Shown: piece after piece, positions 1-7,266 of the stretch
Numbering within the stretch: the first letter of the stretch is position 1
Layout: every line of letters begins with the position of its first letter
Source of the DNA: Caldimicrobium thiodismutans
Lineage (GTDB): Bacteria > Desulfobacterota > Thermodesulfobacteria > Thermodesulfobacteriales > Thermodesulfobacteriaceae
Reading direction: 5' to 3'
DNA: 32,000 bases
NCBI RefSeq assembly: GCF_001548275.1
Contig: NZ_AP014945.1
Location: 720,001 to 752,000, forward strand
Translations under genes and position numbers: made by a program
The notes under the pieces: generated by a model
What the model was told of the DNA's origin: nothing
What the model saw: the letters and a program-made list of their open reading frames with translations, nothing else
Databases searched by the model: none

Positions 1-485
1 CTGCCTGTTCTGCAATGGAGAGTCTTATTAAATTTGGACTTGACGACTTTTTAAAAGAGGCCTTCTATAAGGGAGTCCCGATAATGGGAATTTGTCTTGG
101 CACACAGATCATTATGGAGGAAAGTGAAGAAGATGGTGGGACAAAAACCCTTGGACTCATCTCTGGTAGAGTGCTCAGGTTTCCCTATCCCCTTATTGAG
201 GATGGTAAGCATTTGAAGGTGCCTCATATGGGATGGAACAGTGTTTCCTGGCTAAAGGAACACCCGCTTTTAAAAGAAGTTGAGCCTGATTATGAATATT
301 ACTTTGTCCACAGTTATTATCCTCAGCCTGAAAATTCAGATATTGTTCTTGGTGTCACATCTCATGGAATAACCTTTCCCTCTGGTCTGGCTTACAAAAA
401 TTTGGTTGCCTTTCAATTTCATCCCGAAAAAAGCGGAAGACCCGGGCTAAAACTGATAAAAAATTTCTATGAATGGAAGGTTTAG
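1..485 (+). CDS. hisH: Imidazole glycerol phosphate synthase, glutamine amidotransferase subunit HisH (5' end outside the window)
   Basis: The frame is open from the window edge. Class-I GATase motifs are present: GICLGTQ (nucleophile Cys), HMGWN, FVHSYY, FQFHPEKSG. Confidence 0.85.
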   Translation, partial: ACSAMESLIKFGLDDFLKEAFYKGVPIMGICLGTQIIMEESEEDGGTKTLGLISGRVLRFPYPLIEDGKHLKVPHMGWNSVSWLKEHPLLKEVEPDYEYYFVHSYYPQPENSDIVLGVTSHGITFPSGLAYKNLVAFQFHPEKSGRPGLKLIKNFYEWKV

Positions 486-487
486 AC

Positions 488-1012
488 CTATTTTTTAATA
501 GGCGCTAATACAGCAATCATCTGTCTTCCTTCGAGCTTGGGTGGAGACTCTACCTGAGCTACTCCTTCAACAGCCTGAAAAATAGCGGCAAAGACTCTAT
601 CTGCCATTTCAGGGTGAGAAAGCTCCCTTCCTTTAAAGACAACCCTTACTTTAACCTTATTTTTATCCTCAAGAAATCTTAAAATGTGTTTAATTTTTAC
701 CTCTAAATCGTGTTTATCTGTCTTAGGGCTTAATTTTATCTCCTTTACCTCCACAACTGCCTGTTTCTTTTTAGCCTCTTTGGCTTTTTTTGCCTCATGG
801 TATAAAAATTCACCAAAATCCATGATTTTACAGACAGGTGGAGTAGCAGAGGGTGCAATTTCAACCAGATCTAAGCCATATTCCTCTGCCATGCGTAAGG
901 CCTCCCTGAGGGGGACTATCCCTATTTGTTTTCCCTCTGGACCTATCAAGCGAACCTCCTGAGCCCTAATTTTTTCATTAACCCTATACTTGTGCTTTAA
1001 ATCCTTTTGCAT
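488..1012 (-). CDS. infC: Translation initiation factor IF-3
   Basis: 174 aa. RVNEKIRAQEVRLIGPEGKQIGIV N-terminal domain, a Lys-rich linker, and C-terminal domain KEIKLSPKTDKHDLEVK. AGGAGGAGGG SD upstream of the ATG. Sits downstream of thrS, as is typical. Confidence 0.9.
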   Translation of the reverse strand: MQKDLKHKYRVNEKIRAQEVRLIGPEGKQIGIVPLREALRMAEEYGLDLVEIAPSATPPVCKIMDFGEFLYHEAKKAKEAKKKQAVVEVKEIKLSPKTDKHDLEVKIKHILRFLEDKNKVKVRVVFKGRELSHPEMADRVFAAIFQAVEGVAQVESPPKLEGRQMIAVLAPIKK

Positions 1013-1114
1013 GCCCTCCTCCTAAATTAATTTTATCACCCCCTTTTGAAGATAGCTCTGGGACCTTTAAGCTGTATCTTTTGATAAAAACTGATAGTAA
1101 AACGCTGAGTTTCA

Positions 1115-3040
1115 TCAAGAGGATAGGGGTTGACTTTCAGCTTTGAGACTTTGCAGAAAATCAGCCAGACTTACACCCTGCATAACTTCACCTGATCTTT
1201 TCCTTATGCTAAGGCACTGAACTTCCTCTTCTTTATCGCCAAGGATGATCATGTAAGGCACCTTTTCAAGCTGAGCAGCTCTAATTTTGTAATTGATCTT
1301 TTCGCTCCTGAAATCTCTTTCCACTCTGAAACCTGTTTTTTTAAGTTCTTGAGTTACCTTTTCTGCATAGGGGATATTTCTATCTGTCAGGGTTAAGACT
1401 TTGATTTGCACAGGAGCAAGCCAGAAAGGAAAGGCCCCAGCATGATGTTCAATTAGAACGCCAAAAAACCGCTCTAAGGAACCAAGAAGGGCTCTATGAA
1501 TCATGATGGGCCGATGAAATTGATTGTCCTCTCCAACATAAACCAGGTCAAATCTTTCAGGAAGATTAAAATCCACCTGAATAGTTGAACATTGCCAGAA
1601 ACGCCCAAGGACATCTTTTATTTTAAGATCAATCTTTGGACCATAAAAAACTCCCTCTCCAGGGTCTATTTCATAGGCCAGGCCTTTATGCTCTAAGGCC
1701 ATCTTAAGGGCCTCTTCAGCTTTATTCCAAATCGCAGGTTCTCCAACAAATTTCTCTGGCCTGGTTGAGAGATAAATCTGATACTCATTAAACCCAAAAA
1801 GTTTAAGAAAATAAATCACCAAATCTAAAACCTTTATTAATTCTTCTTCCAACTGGTCTTCTCTACAGAAAATGTGAGCATCATCCTGAGTAAAACCTCT
1901 AACCCTTAGGAGCCCGTGCAAAACTCCACTTCTTTCAAAACGATAAACTGTTCCCAGTTCACATAGTCTTAAGGGAAAGTCTCTATAGCTTCTTCTTTTT
2001 TGATTGTAAATATAAATGTGAAAGGGACAATTCATGGGTTTTACTTGATAAGTGCGATTTTCCAGTTCCATAGGTGGAAACATATTTTCCACATAAAAAT
2101 CCAGGTGACCTGAGGTCTTCCAGAGGTCTCGTAAGGCAAGATGGGGGGTATAAACCAGCTGATAATCCCTTTTCAAGTGTTCCTCTTTCCAGAAATCTTC
2201 AATTATTTTCCTCACAAGAGCCCCTTTAGGAAGCCAGATAACAAGGCCGGGCCCGATGTCTTCCTCAATGGTAAAAAGTTCAAGTTCCTTTCCAAGTCTG
2301 CGATGATCCCTTTTTTTGACCTCTTCTAACCAATTGAGATAATCTTTAAGAGCCTCTTCAGTAAAAAAGGCCGTGCCATAGATTCTCCAGAGCATGGGAT
2401 TTTTCTCATCTCCCCTCCAGTAAGCTCCTGCAATTGAGAGAAGTTTTATAGCCTTTACCTGTCCTGTTGAAAGAAGATGCGGGCCTCTGCAAAGGTCAAT
2501 AAAATCCCCTTGAGTATAAATGCTAACTCTTTCATCGGGAAGTTCTGTAATTAATTCAAGCTTAAAGTCTTCATGTATCTGGGAAAAGAGCTTTATAGCC
2601 TCCTCTTTGGAGAGCTCTTTTCTCTCTAAAGGCAGATTTTTTTTAATTAGTTCCTTAATTTTTTTCTCAAGCTTTTTTAAATCCTCCTCTGTAAAAGGTC
2701 TCTCAAAGGCAATATCATAATAGAAACCATCTTCTATAGCTGGACCAATGCCAAGTTTTGCTCCTGGAAACAACTCTTTAACTGCCTGAGCCAGAATATG
2801 AGATGCGGTATGCCTTAAGACCTCTAAGGCCTCAGGGGAGTCCTGATAAAGAGGATCAAGTTGTAGCTCTTGAGCGCTATCAGGCAAAGGTGTATGCCAG
2901 TCATAAATCTCGCTATTGAGTTTAAAAGCCAGGGGTAGCTCTTGAGACTTTTTTAATTTTTTAATTTCAGAAAGAAGAACCTTGAGAGGCTGATTAGGTG
3001 GAAGTTGGAATTCTCCCAGATTTTTGATAAGAATTTTCAA
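1115..3040 (-). CDS. thrS: Threonine--tRNA ligase
   Basis: 641 aa with a TTG start. TGS-like N-terminus, editing-domain HTASHILAQA, class-II core motifs (FPLRLCELGTVYRFERSG, GFTQDDAHIF) and a C-terminal anticodon-binding domain. Confidence 0.95.
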   Translation of the reverse strand: MKILIKNLGEFQLPPNQPLKVLLSEIKKLKKSQELPLAFKLNSEIYDWHTPLPDSAQELQLDPLYQDSPEALEVLRHTASHILAQAVKELFPGAKLGIGPAIEDGFYYDIAFERPFTEEDLKKLEKKIKELIKKNLPLERKELSKEEAIKLFSQIHEDFKLELITELPDERVSIYTQGDFIDLCRGPHLLSTGQVKAIKLLSIAGAYWRGDEKNPMLWRIYGTAFFTEEALKDYLNWLEEVKKRDHRRLGKELELFTIEEDIGPGLVIWLPKGALVRKIIEDFWKEEHLKRDYQLVYTPHLALRDLWKTSGHLDFYVENMFPPMELENRTYQVKPMNCPFHIYIYNQKRRSYRDFPLRLCELGTVYRFERSGVLHGLLRVRGFTQDDAHIFCREDQLEEELIKVLDLVIYFLKLFGFNEYQIYLSTRPEKFVGEPAIWNKAEEALKMALEHKGLAYEIDPGEGVFYGPKIDLKIKDVLGRFWQCSTIQVDFNLPERFDLVYVGEDNQFHRPIMIHRALLGSLERFFGVLIEHHAGAFPFWLAPVQIKVLTLTDRNIPYAEKVTQELKKTGFRVERDFRSEKINYKIRAAQLEKVPYMIILGDKEEEVQCLSIRKRSGEVMQGVSLADFLQSLKAESQPLSS

Positions 3041-3077
3041 TGTTTTCTTTTAAATCTCCTTTAGGTGTATATATTAA

Positions 3078-3152
3078 TGGTAGGCGCGGGCGGGATCGAA
3101 CCGCCGACCTCTTGCGCGTCAAGCAAGCGCTCTCCCACTGAGCTACGCGCCT
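3078..3152 (-). tRNA. tRNA-Val: tRNA-Val (anticodon GAC), with encoded CCA
   Basis: The reverse complement AGGCGCGTAGCTCAGTGGGAGAGCGCTTGCTTGACGCGCAAGAGGTCGGCGGTTCGATCCCGCCCGCGCCTACCA folds by hand as a cloverleaf. It has a 7-bp acceptor stem (AGGCGCG/CGCGCCT), D arm GCTC/GAGC, anticodon stem CTTGC/GCAAG with loop TTGACGC, and T arm GGCGG-TTCGATC-CCGCC. Confidence 0.9.
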
Positions 3153-3203
3153 TTCCTTGATAGCTATTTAAAATAACCAAAAAAATTCCTTTGTCAAGAG
3201 GGT

Positions 3204-3218
3204 GTATGCGTCCATATC
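3204..3218 (-). promoter_or_regulatory. Conserved upstream box (copy A), 6 nt upstream of a TTGACAA -35 element for the tRNA-Val/thrS/infC unit
   Basis: The minus strand reads GATATGGACGCATAC-accctc-TTGACAA, followed by an AT-rich -10 region (TATTTTAAAT) before the tRNA. The same box and spacing occur at 20379-20393 and 21028-21042. Confidence 0.35.
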
Positions 3219-3369
3219 TTTTGAGACTCTATAGGATTTTTCTGCCACCTTTTCTGGTTTTCCACCCTTCTTTTTTTGTGAAATGTAGAAATAATATAAA
3301 AGGATAAACTTGTAATTTGAAAAAAGGTGGATTAAATTTTTTTAAAAATTTGGAGCTAACTTTATTGCA

Positions 3370-3996
3370 ATGACCTCTGTTTTTAACAAATTTTCCAAGG
3401 AATACGATTTATGGTATGAAAAAAATCAAGCGGTCTATATCTCAGAGATTTCAGCCATAAGGCCTCATTTAATAAGTGGCCTATCTCTTGAGGTGGGAGT
3501 TGGCTCAGGAAGATTTGCTGAACCACTAAAAATTGATTTCGGGCTTGACCCATCCTTTGAGATGCTTCGGCTTGCTAAAGATAGAAACATAAAAGTTGCA
3601 AAGGGAATTGCAGAAAAACTACCCTTTAAATCCGAAATTTTTAATGTAGTTTTACTCGTAGTAACCATCTGTTTTTTAGAGGATCCCGAGATGGCTCTAA
3701 AGGAAGTTAAAAGAGTATTACAACCAGGGGGGAGAATAATTGTTGGCTTTGTTGATAAAGATAGTTTTCTTGGAAAGATATATCTTGCTAAAAAAGAAAA
3801 AAGCATCTTTTACCGTGAAGCCAAGTTTTATTCTGTAACTGAAGTAAAGGCCTTACTTGAAAAAACAGGTTTCAAACCTAAGCTTTTTACCCAAACCATT
3901 TTTAACCCTCTTGAAGAGATTACCGAGCCTCAACCTGTAAAAGAAGGCTATGGTGAGGGAGGTTTTGTAGTAATTTCAGCTAAAAAGGTTGAATGA
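3370..3996 (+). CDS. Class I SAM-dependent methyltransferase (Methyltransf_11-like)
   Basis: 208 aa. SAM motif I LEVGVGSGRF, and LQPGGRIIVGF after motif II. Its stop overlaps the next start (ATGA), implying translational coupling to the GT2 gene. Confidence 0.75.
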   Translation: MTSVFNKFSKEYDLWYEKNQAVYISEISAIRPHLISGLSLEVGVGSGRFAEPLKIDFGLDPSFEMLRLAKDRNIKVAKGIAEKLPFKSEIFNVVLLVVTICFLEDPEMALKEVKRVLQPGGRIIVGFVDKDSFLGKIYLAKKEKSIFYREAKFYSVTEVKALLEKTGFKPKLFTQTIFNPLEEITEPQPVKEGYGEGGFVVISAKKVE

Positions 3997-4658
3997 GATC
4001 CTCTCTCTCTGTAATTATCCCTACCCTTAATGAAGAAATTTATCTCCCCCTCGCTTTAAAATCCCTTGCAAATATTGAGCTTGATGAAGTAATAGTAGTT
4101 GATGGAGGAAGCGAAGATAAAACCCCGTTCATAGCTAAATCCCTTGGAGCAAGGGTAATCCAGAGTGAAAAGGGAAGGGGAGTTCAACTCAAAAAAGGAG
4201 TAGAAGTTGCCAAGGGTGATCTCCTTTTCTTTATGCATGCTGATTGCAGAATTCTTGACAGAATTAATTTAAAAGATCTATACAAAAAAGGTATAAAAGC
4301 AGGGTTCCTTAACTTAGTCTATGATGGAAATACCTTTTCCCTTAAAGTTCTTGAAAAATTGATTAATCTTCGAGCAAGGCTTCTTCACTTACCCTATGGA
4401 GATCAGGGGCTTTTTGTAGAAAGGGCTCTCTATGAGAAAACAGGAGGCTTTAAAGAATATCCCTTTCTTGAAGACTTTGACCTTGTTTTACGCTTAAGAA
4501 AAATTTTCCCACCCCAACCCTTGCCTGGTAGGATCCTTGTCTCTTCAAGAAAATTCAAGGCTTCATCACCTTTCTTAATAAGCCTTAAAAATAATTACAT
4601 TCTCTTGCGCTTTTTATTTGGAGCATCTCCTGAAAATTTAAAAAAATTCTATAAATAG
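3993..4658 (+). CDS. Family-2 glycosyltransferase, TIGR04283-like ('transferase 2, rSAM/selenodomain-associated'; arsenosugar-associated)
   Basis: 221 aa. SVIIPTLNEE...VVDGGSEDKT and FMHADC GT-A/GT2 signatures. Family assignment is from memory of the family plus the genomic context next to an ArsS-type gene. Confidence 0.65.
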   Translation: MRSSLSVIIPTLNEEIYLPLALKSLANIELDEVIVVDGGSEDKTPFIAKSLGARVIQSEKGRGVQLKKGVEVAKGDLLFFMHADCRILDRINLKDLYKKGIKAGFLNLVYDGNTFSLKVLEKLINLRARLLHLPYGDQGLFVERALYEKTGGFKEYPFLEDFDLVLRLRKIFPPQPLPGRILVSSRKFKASSPFLISLKNNYILLRFLFGASPENLKKFYK

Positions 4659-4683
4659 CTGAGAATTTTTAAAAATTTTCTAT

Positions 4684-4713
4684 TTGACAAAATTAATTTC
4701 TATAGTTTATACT
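4684..4713 (+). promoter_or_regulatory. Sigma70-like promoter for the rhodanese/arsM-arsS operon
   Basis: TTGACA (4684-4689), an 18-nt spacer, then TATACT (4708-4713). It is followed by the perfect palindrome TGCCTTTAAAAGGCA (4720-4734) and an AGAGGAGG SD before the ATG at 4763. Confidence 0.4.
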
Positions 4714-4762
4714 TTTATGTGCCTTTAAAAGGCAAAATAAAAACTTAAGAGGAGGTGCAGAC

Positions 4763-5200
4763 ATGAGAGGATTTTTAGTCAAGGTCTGGGGAGTTATGCT
4801 TTTAGGGCTTATGGCAATGCTTTTTATGGCCAAAGCCTCCTTTGCAACAAATTTTCTTGAACCGCAGGAATTCAAAAAATGGCTTGAAACAGGTAAGAAG
4901 GTTATCATTGTTGACATCCAGCCCCATGAGGACTTTGTAAAGCACCACTTCAAAGGATCAATTGAAACCAATGCCTTCCCCGCCAATAATGATGACCTTA
5001 AAAAAAGGATTGATAAAGCCCTTCCTATAATTATTAACTCAAATGATCCTGTGGTAATTATTTGCCCCAGGGGAAGAAGTGGTGCTCAGAATACTTATGA
5101 TTATTTGAAATCTAAAGGTGTTCCTGAATCAAGACTTTTTATTCTCAAAGGTGGTATGGCTGGCTGGCCTTATCCAGAGCTTCTTGAGAAAGGAAAGTAA
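4763..5200 (+). CDS. Secreted single-domain rhodanese-like sulfurtransferase
   Basis: 145 aa. N-terminal signal peptide (LLGLMAMLFMAKASFA). Rhodanese fold with VIIVDIQPHEDF and active-site loop CPRGRSG. The stop overlaps the next start (TAATG). Confidence 0.75.
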   Translation: MRGFLVKVWGVMLLGLMAMLFMAKASFATNFLEPQEFKKWLETGKKVIIVDIQPHEDFVKHHFKGSIETNAFPANNDDLKKRIDKALPIIINSNDPVVIICPRGRSGAQNTYDYLKSKGVPESRLFILKGGMAGWPYPELLEKGK

Positions 5201-7266
5201 TGGCTGTAGAATCTATTGTGCTTGAGACTTATAAAGGGGCAGCAAGGTCAAAAGAAGTAAAGCTTTGCTGTCCGGTTTCTTATACTCGTCCTGAACTATT
5301 GAAAATTATTCCTTCAGAGATTCTTGAAAGAGATTATGGGTGTGGTGATCCCACTCAGTATGTCCGAGAGGGAGAAGTGGTTCTTGATCTTGGATCTGGC
5401 TCAGGGAAACATTGCTATATGATAGCTCAAATTATAGGTCCAAAGGGTAAAATTATCGGGGTTGATTTTAATGATGAAATGCTTGCCCTTGCAAGAAAAT
5501 ATCAACAAGAGATAGCCAAAAAAATTGGCTATTTAAATACAGAATTTCGCAAAGCTCGCATCCAGAATCTCAAGCTCGATCTTGAAAAGGTTGATAAATA
5601 CCTTCTTGAAAATCCTATAAAAACCTTTGAAGATTTTATTAAATTTGAAGAATTTATAAAATATCTTGAAGAAAATGAACCCCTTATTCCTGACAATTCT
5701 ATTGATACCGTAGTTTCAAATTGTGTATTAAATCTTGTAAGAGATGAAGATAAAGAAAGGCTTTTTAAAGAGATTTATAGAGTTTTAAAACCAGAGGGTA
5801 GGGCAGTAATAAGTGATATTGTTTCTGATGAGGATGTTCCTGAACATTTAAAAAAGGATCCAGAGCTTTGGTCAGGCTGTATCTCTGGAGCCTTAAGAGA
5901 AGATAAATTCCTTGAGGCTTTTTTGAAGGCTGGCTTTATCAGTATAAAAATTCTTAAATATGAGGAAAAACCCTGGCAGGTAATTGATGGAATAGAATTT
6001 CGCTCTATTACTATTGAAGCTGTAAAGGGAAAAAAAGGGGCTTGTATTGATAAAGGGCATACCGTAATTTTTAAAGGGCCATTTATCAGGGTTGAGGATT
6101 CAGAGGGCCATCTTTTTGAACTTGGAAAAAGGGTTGCAGTTTGTGAGAGAACTTTTGAAAACTTAAAAAAATATGCTTATGATTTTTTCATTTTTATTGA
6201 GCCTGTGAAAAAACTTTCTCCAAGGCCTTTTCCTTGTGGTGAAAAAATTATTTATCGCTCTCCAGGGGTTACCAAGGGTGGAAAATGGGAGACCCATTCT
6301 ACAAAAAACACCTGTTGTGTTCAAGAAGAGTTTAAGCCCTTTTCTGAAAAATTAAAGGAACTGGTGATAATACTCACTAAAAGGGATATAGAAATAATTC
6401 AGGTAAATGTGGGTTATAGGTGTAATGAAAGGTGCCTTCATTGTCACCTTTCAGCTGGCCCAAAGGGCCAGCTTATGAATGATAGAGTCTTATCTGCAGT
6501 CATAGAACTCATAAAGAAACACTCAGGAAAAACCCTTGACATAACCGGTGGCGCACCTGAACTTCACCCTCAAATAGTAGATTTTATTAATGAGGTCAAA
6601 CCTTATACCAGAGAAATTTTGTTTAGAACCAACTTTTCAGCCTTACTTAACAAAGAAAATCTAATTGATTTTCTTGCTAAAAAGAAGGTAATAATTATAG
6701 GTTCCTTTCCAAGCCTTGAAGAACATAAAACAGACTTTTTCAGGGGCAATGGCTTTTTTAAAAAAGCCTTTTTAGCTCTCCAAAAATTAAATGAAGCGGG
6801 CTTTGGGAAAACACTTCCCCTTTATCTCATGATAAATCCTGTAGAACTTTCTCTTACAAGAAAAGAAGAGGAGTTAAGGGATGAATTTATAAATTTTTTT
6901 GAAGAAAAAGGGCTATCCTTTACCGATCTTTTGGTGCTCAATAATTTTCCTCTTGGAAGATTTAAAAGATACCTCCAGAAACAGGGAAAACTTAAAGAGT
7001 ATTATCAACTTCTTTATTCAAATTTTAATCCTGAAACCTTAAATAAGATTATGTGTCTCAAATTAATAAATATTTCTCCGGAGGGATCCCTTTATGATTG
7101 TGATTTTAATCAGGCCTTAAAATTAAAAATTAAAACCCCCAAAAATGTTTTTGAACTTCTTGAAGTTGGGCTTAACTCTCTTGAAGGAAAGCCCATTCAA
7201 ACAGGAGATCATTGTTATGCCTGCACAGCCCTTTATGGAACAGGCTGTTTCGGATCTCTTACATAA
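5200..7266 (+). CDS. arsM/arsS: Fusion protein: ArsM-like As(III) SAM methyltransferase (aa 1-~280) plus ArsS-type radical SAM/Cys-rich protein (aa ~380-688)
   Basis: N-terminal half: KLCCPV (C23/C24), RDYGCG (C48), VLDLGSGSG SAM motif, SNCVLNL (C175) and LWSGCISGAL (C227), matching the four conserved ArsM cysteines. C-terminal half: VNVGYRCNERCLHCH (CX3CX2C radical-SAM cluster) and Cys-rich tail HCYACTALYGTGCFG, typical of the TIGR04167/ArsS family. Confidence 0.8.
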   Translation: MAVESIVLETYKGAARSKEVKLCCPVSYTRPELLKIIPSEILERDYGCGDPTQYVREGEVVLDLGSGSGKHCYMIAQIIGPKGKIIGVDFNDEMLALARKYQQEIAKKIGYLNTEFRKARIQNLKLDLEKVDKYLLENPIKTFEDFIKFEEFIKYLEENEPLIPDNSIDTVVSNCVLNLVRDEDKERLFKEIYRVLKPEGRAVISDIVSDEDVPEHLKKDPELWSGCISGALREDKFLEAFLKAGFISIKILKYEEKPWQVIDGIEFRSITIEAVKGKKGACIDKGHTVIFKGPFIRVEDSEGHLFELGKRVAVCERTFENLKKYAYDFFIFIEPVKKLSPRPFPCGEKIIYRSPGVTKGGKWETHSTKNTCCVQEEFKPFSEKLKELVIILTKRDIEIIQVNVGYRCNERCLHCHLSAGPKGQLMNDRVLSAVIELIKKHSGKTLDITGGAPELHPQIVDFINEVKPYTREILFRTNFSALLNKENLIDFLAKKKVIIIGSFPSLEEHKTDFFRGNGFFKKAFLALQKLNEAGFGKTLPLYLMINPVELSLTRKEEELRDEFINFFEEKGLSFTDLLVLNNFPLGRFKRYLQKQGKLKEYYQLLYSNFNPETLNKIMCLKLINISPEGSLYDCDFNQALKLKIKTPKNVFELLEVGLNSLEGKPIQTGDHCYACTALYGTGCFGSLT

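Noticed and set aside
684-962. Antisense or overlapping ORFs of 60-160 aa inside well-supported genes: 684-962, 2141-2329, 2520-2720, 3465-3806, 4056-4238, 4693-4986, 9209-9394, 9335-9562, 9516-9809, 11043-11225, 15482-15664, 15860-16096, 17685-17933, 18510-18791, 18834-19124, 19643-19969, 20248-20445, 21023-21511, 21568-21845, 22009-22428, 26877-27125, 27406-27636, 29040-29282, 29959-30165
   Set aside because: Each lies within or opposite a gene with clear family motifs. Each has a low-complexity or compositionally odd translation, no SD and no recognisable domain. They are treated as shadow ORFs.
3041-3077. Possible T-box or leader regulation upstream of thrS
   Set aside because: Only 37 nt separate the tRNA-Val 3' end from the thrS TTG start. 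That is far too short for a T-box or the E. coli-type thrS operator, and no such structure is visible.
7200-7266. Possible selenocysteine in the Cys-rich C-terminal tail of the ArsS-type domain (some homologues are selenoproteins)
   Set aside because: All tail positions are encoded by TGT/TGC, and the ORF ends at a TAA. There is no in-frame TGA in this copy.
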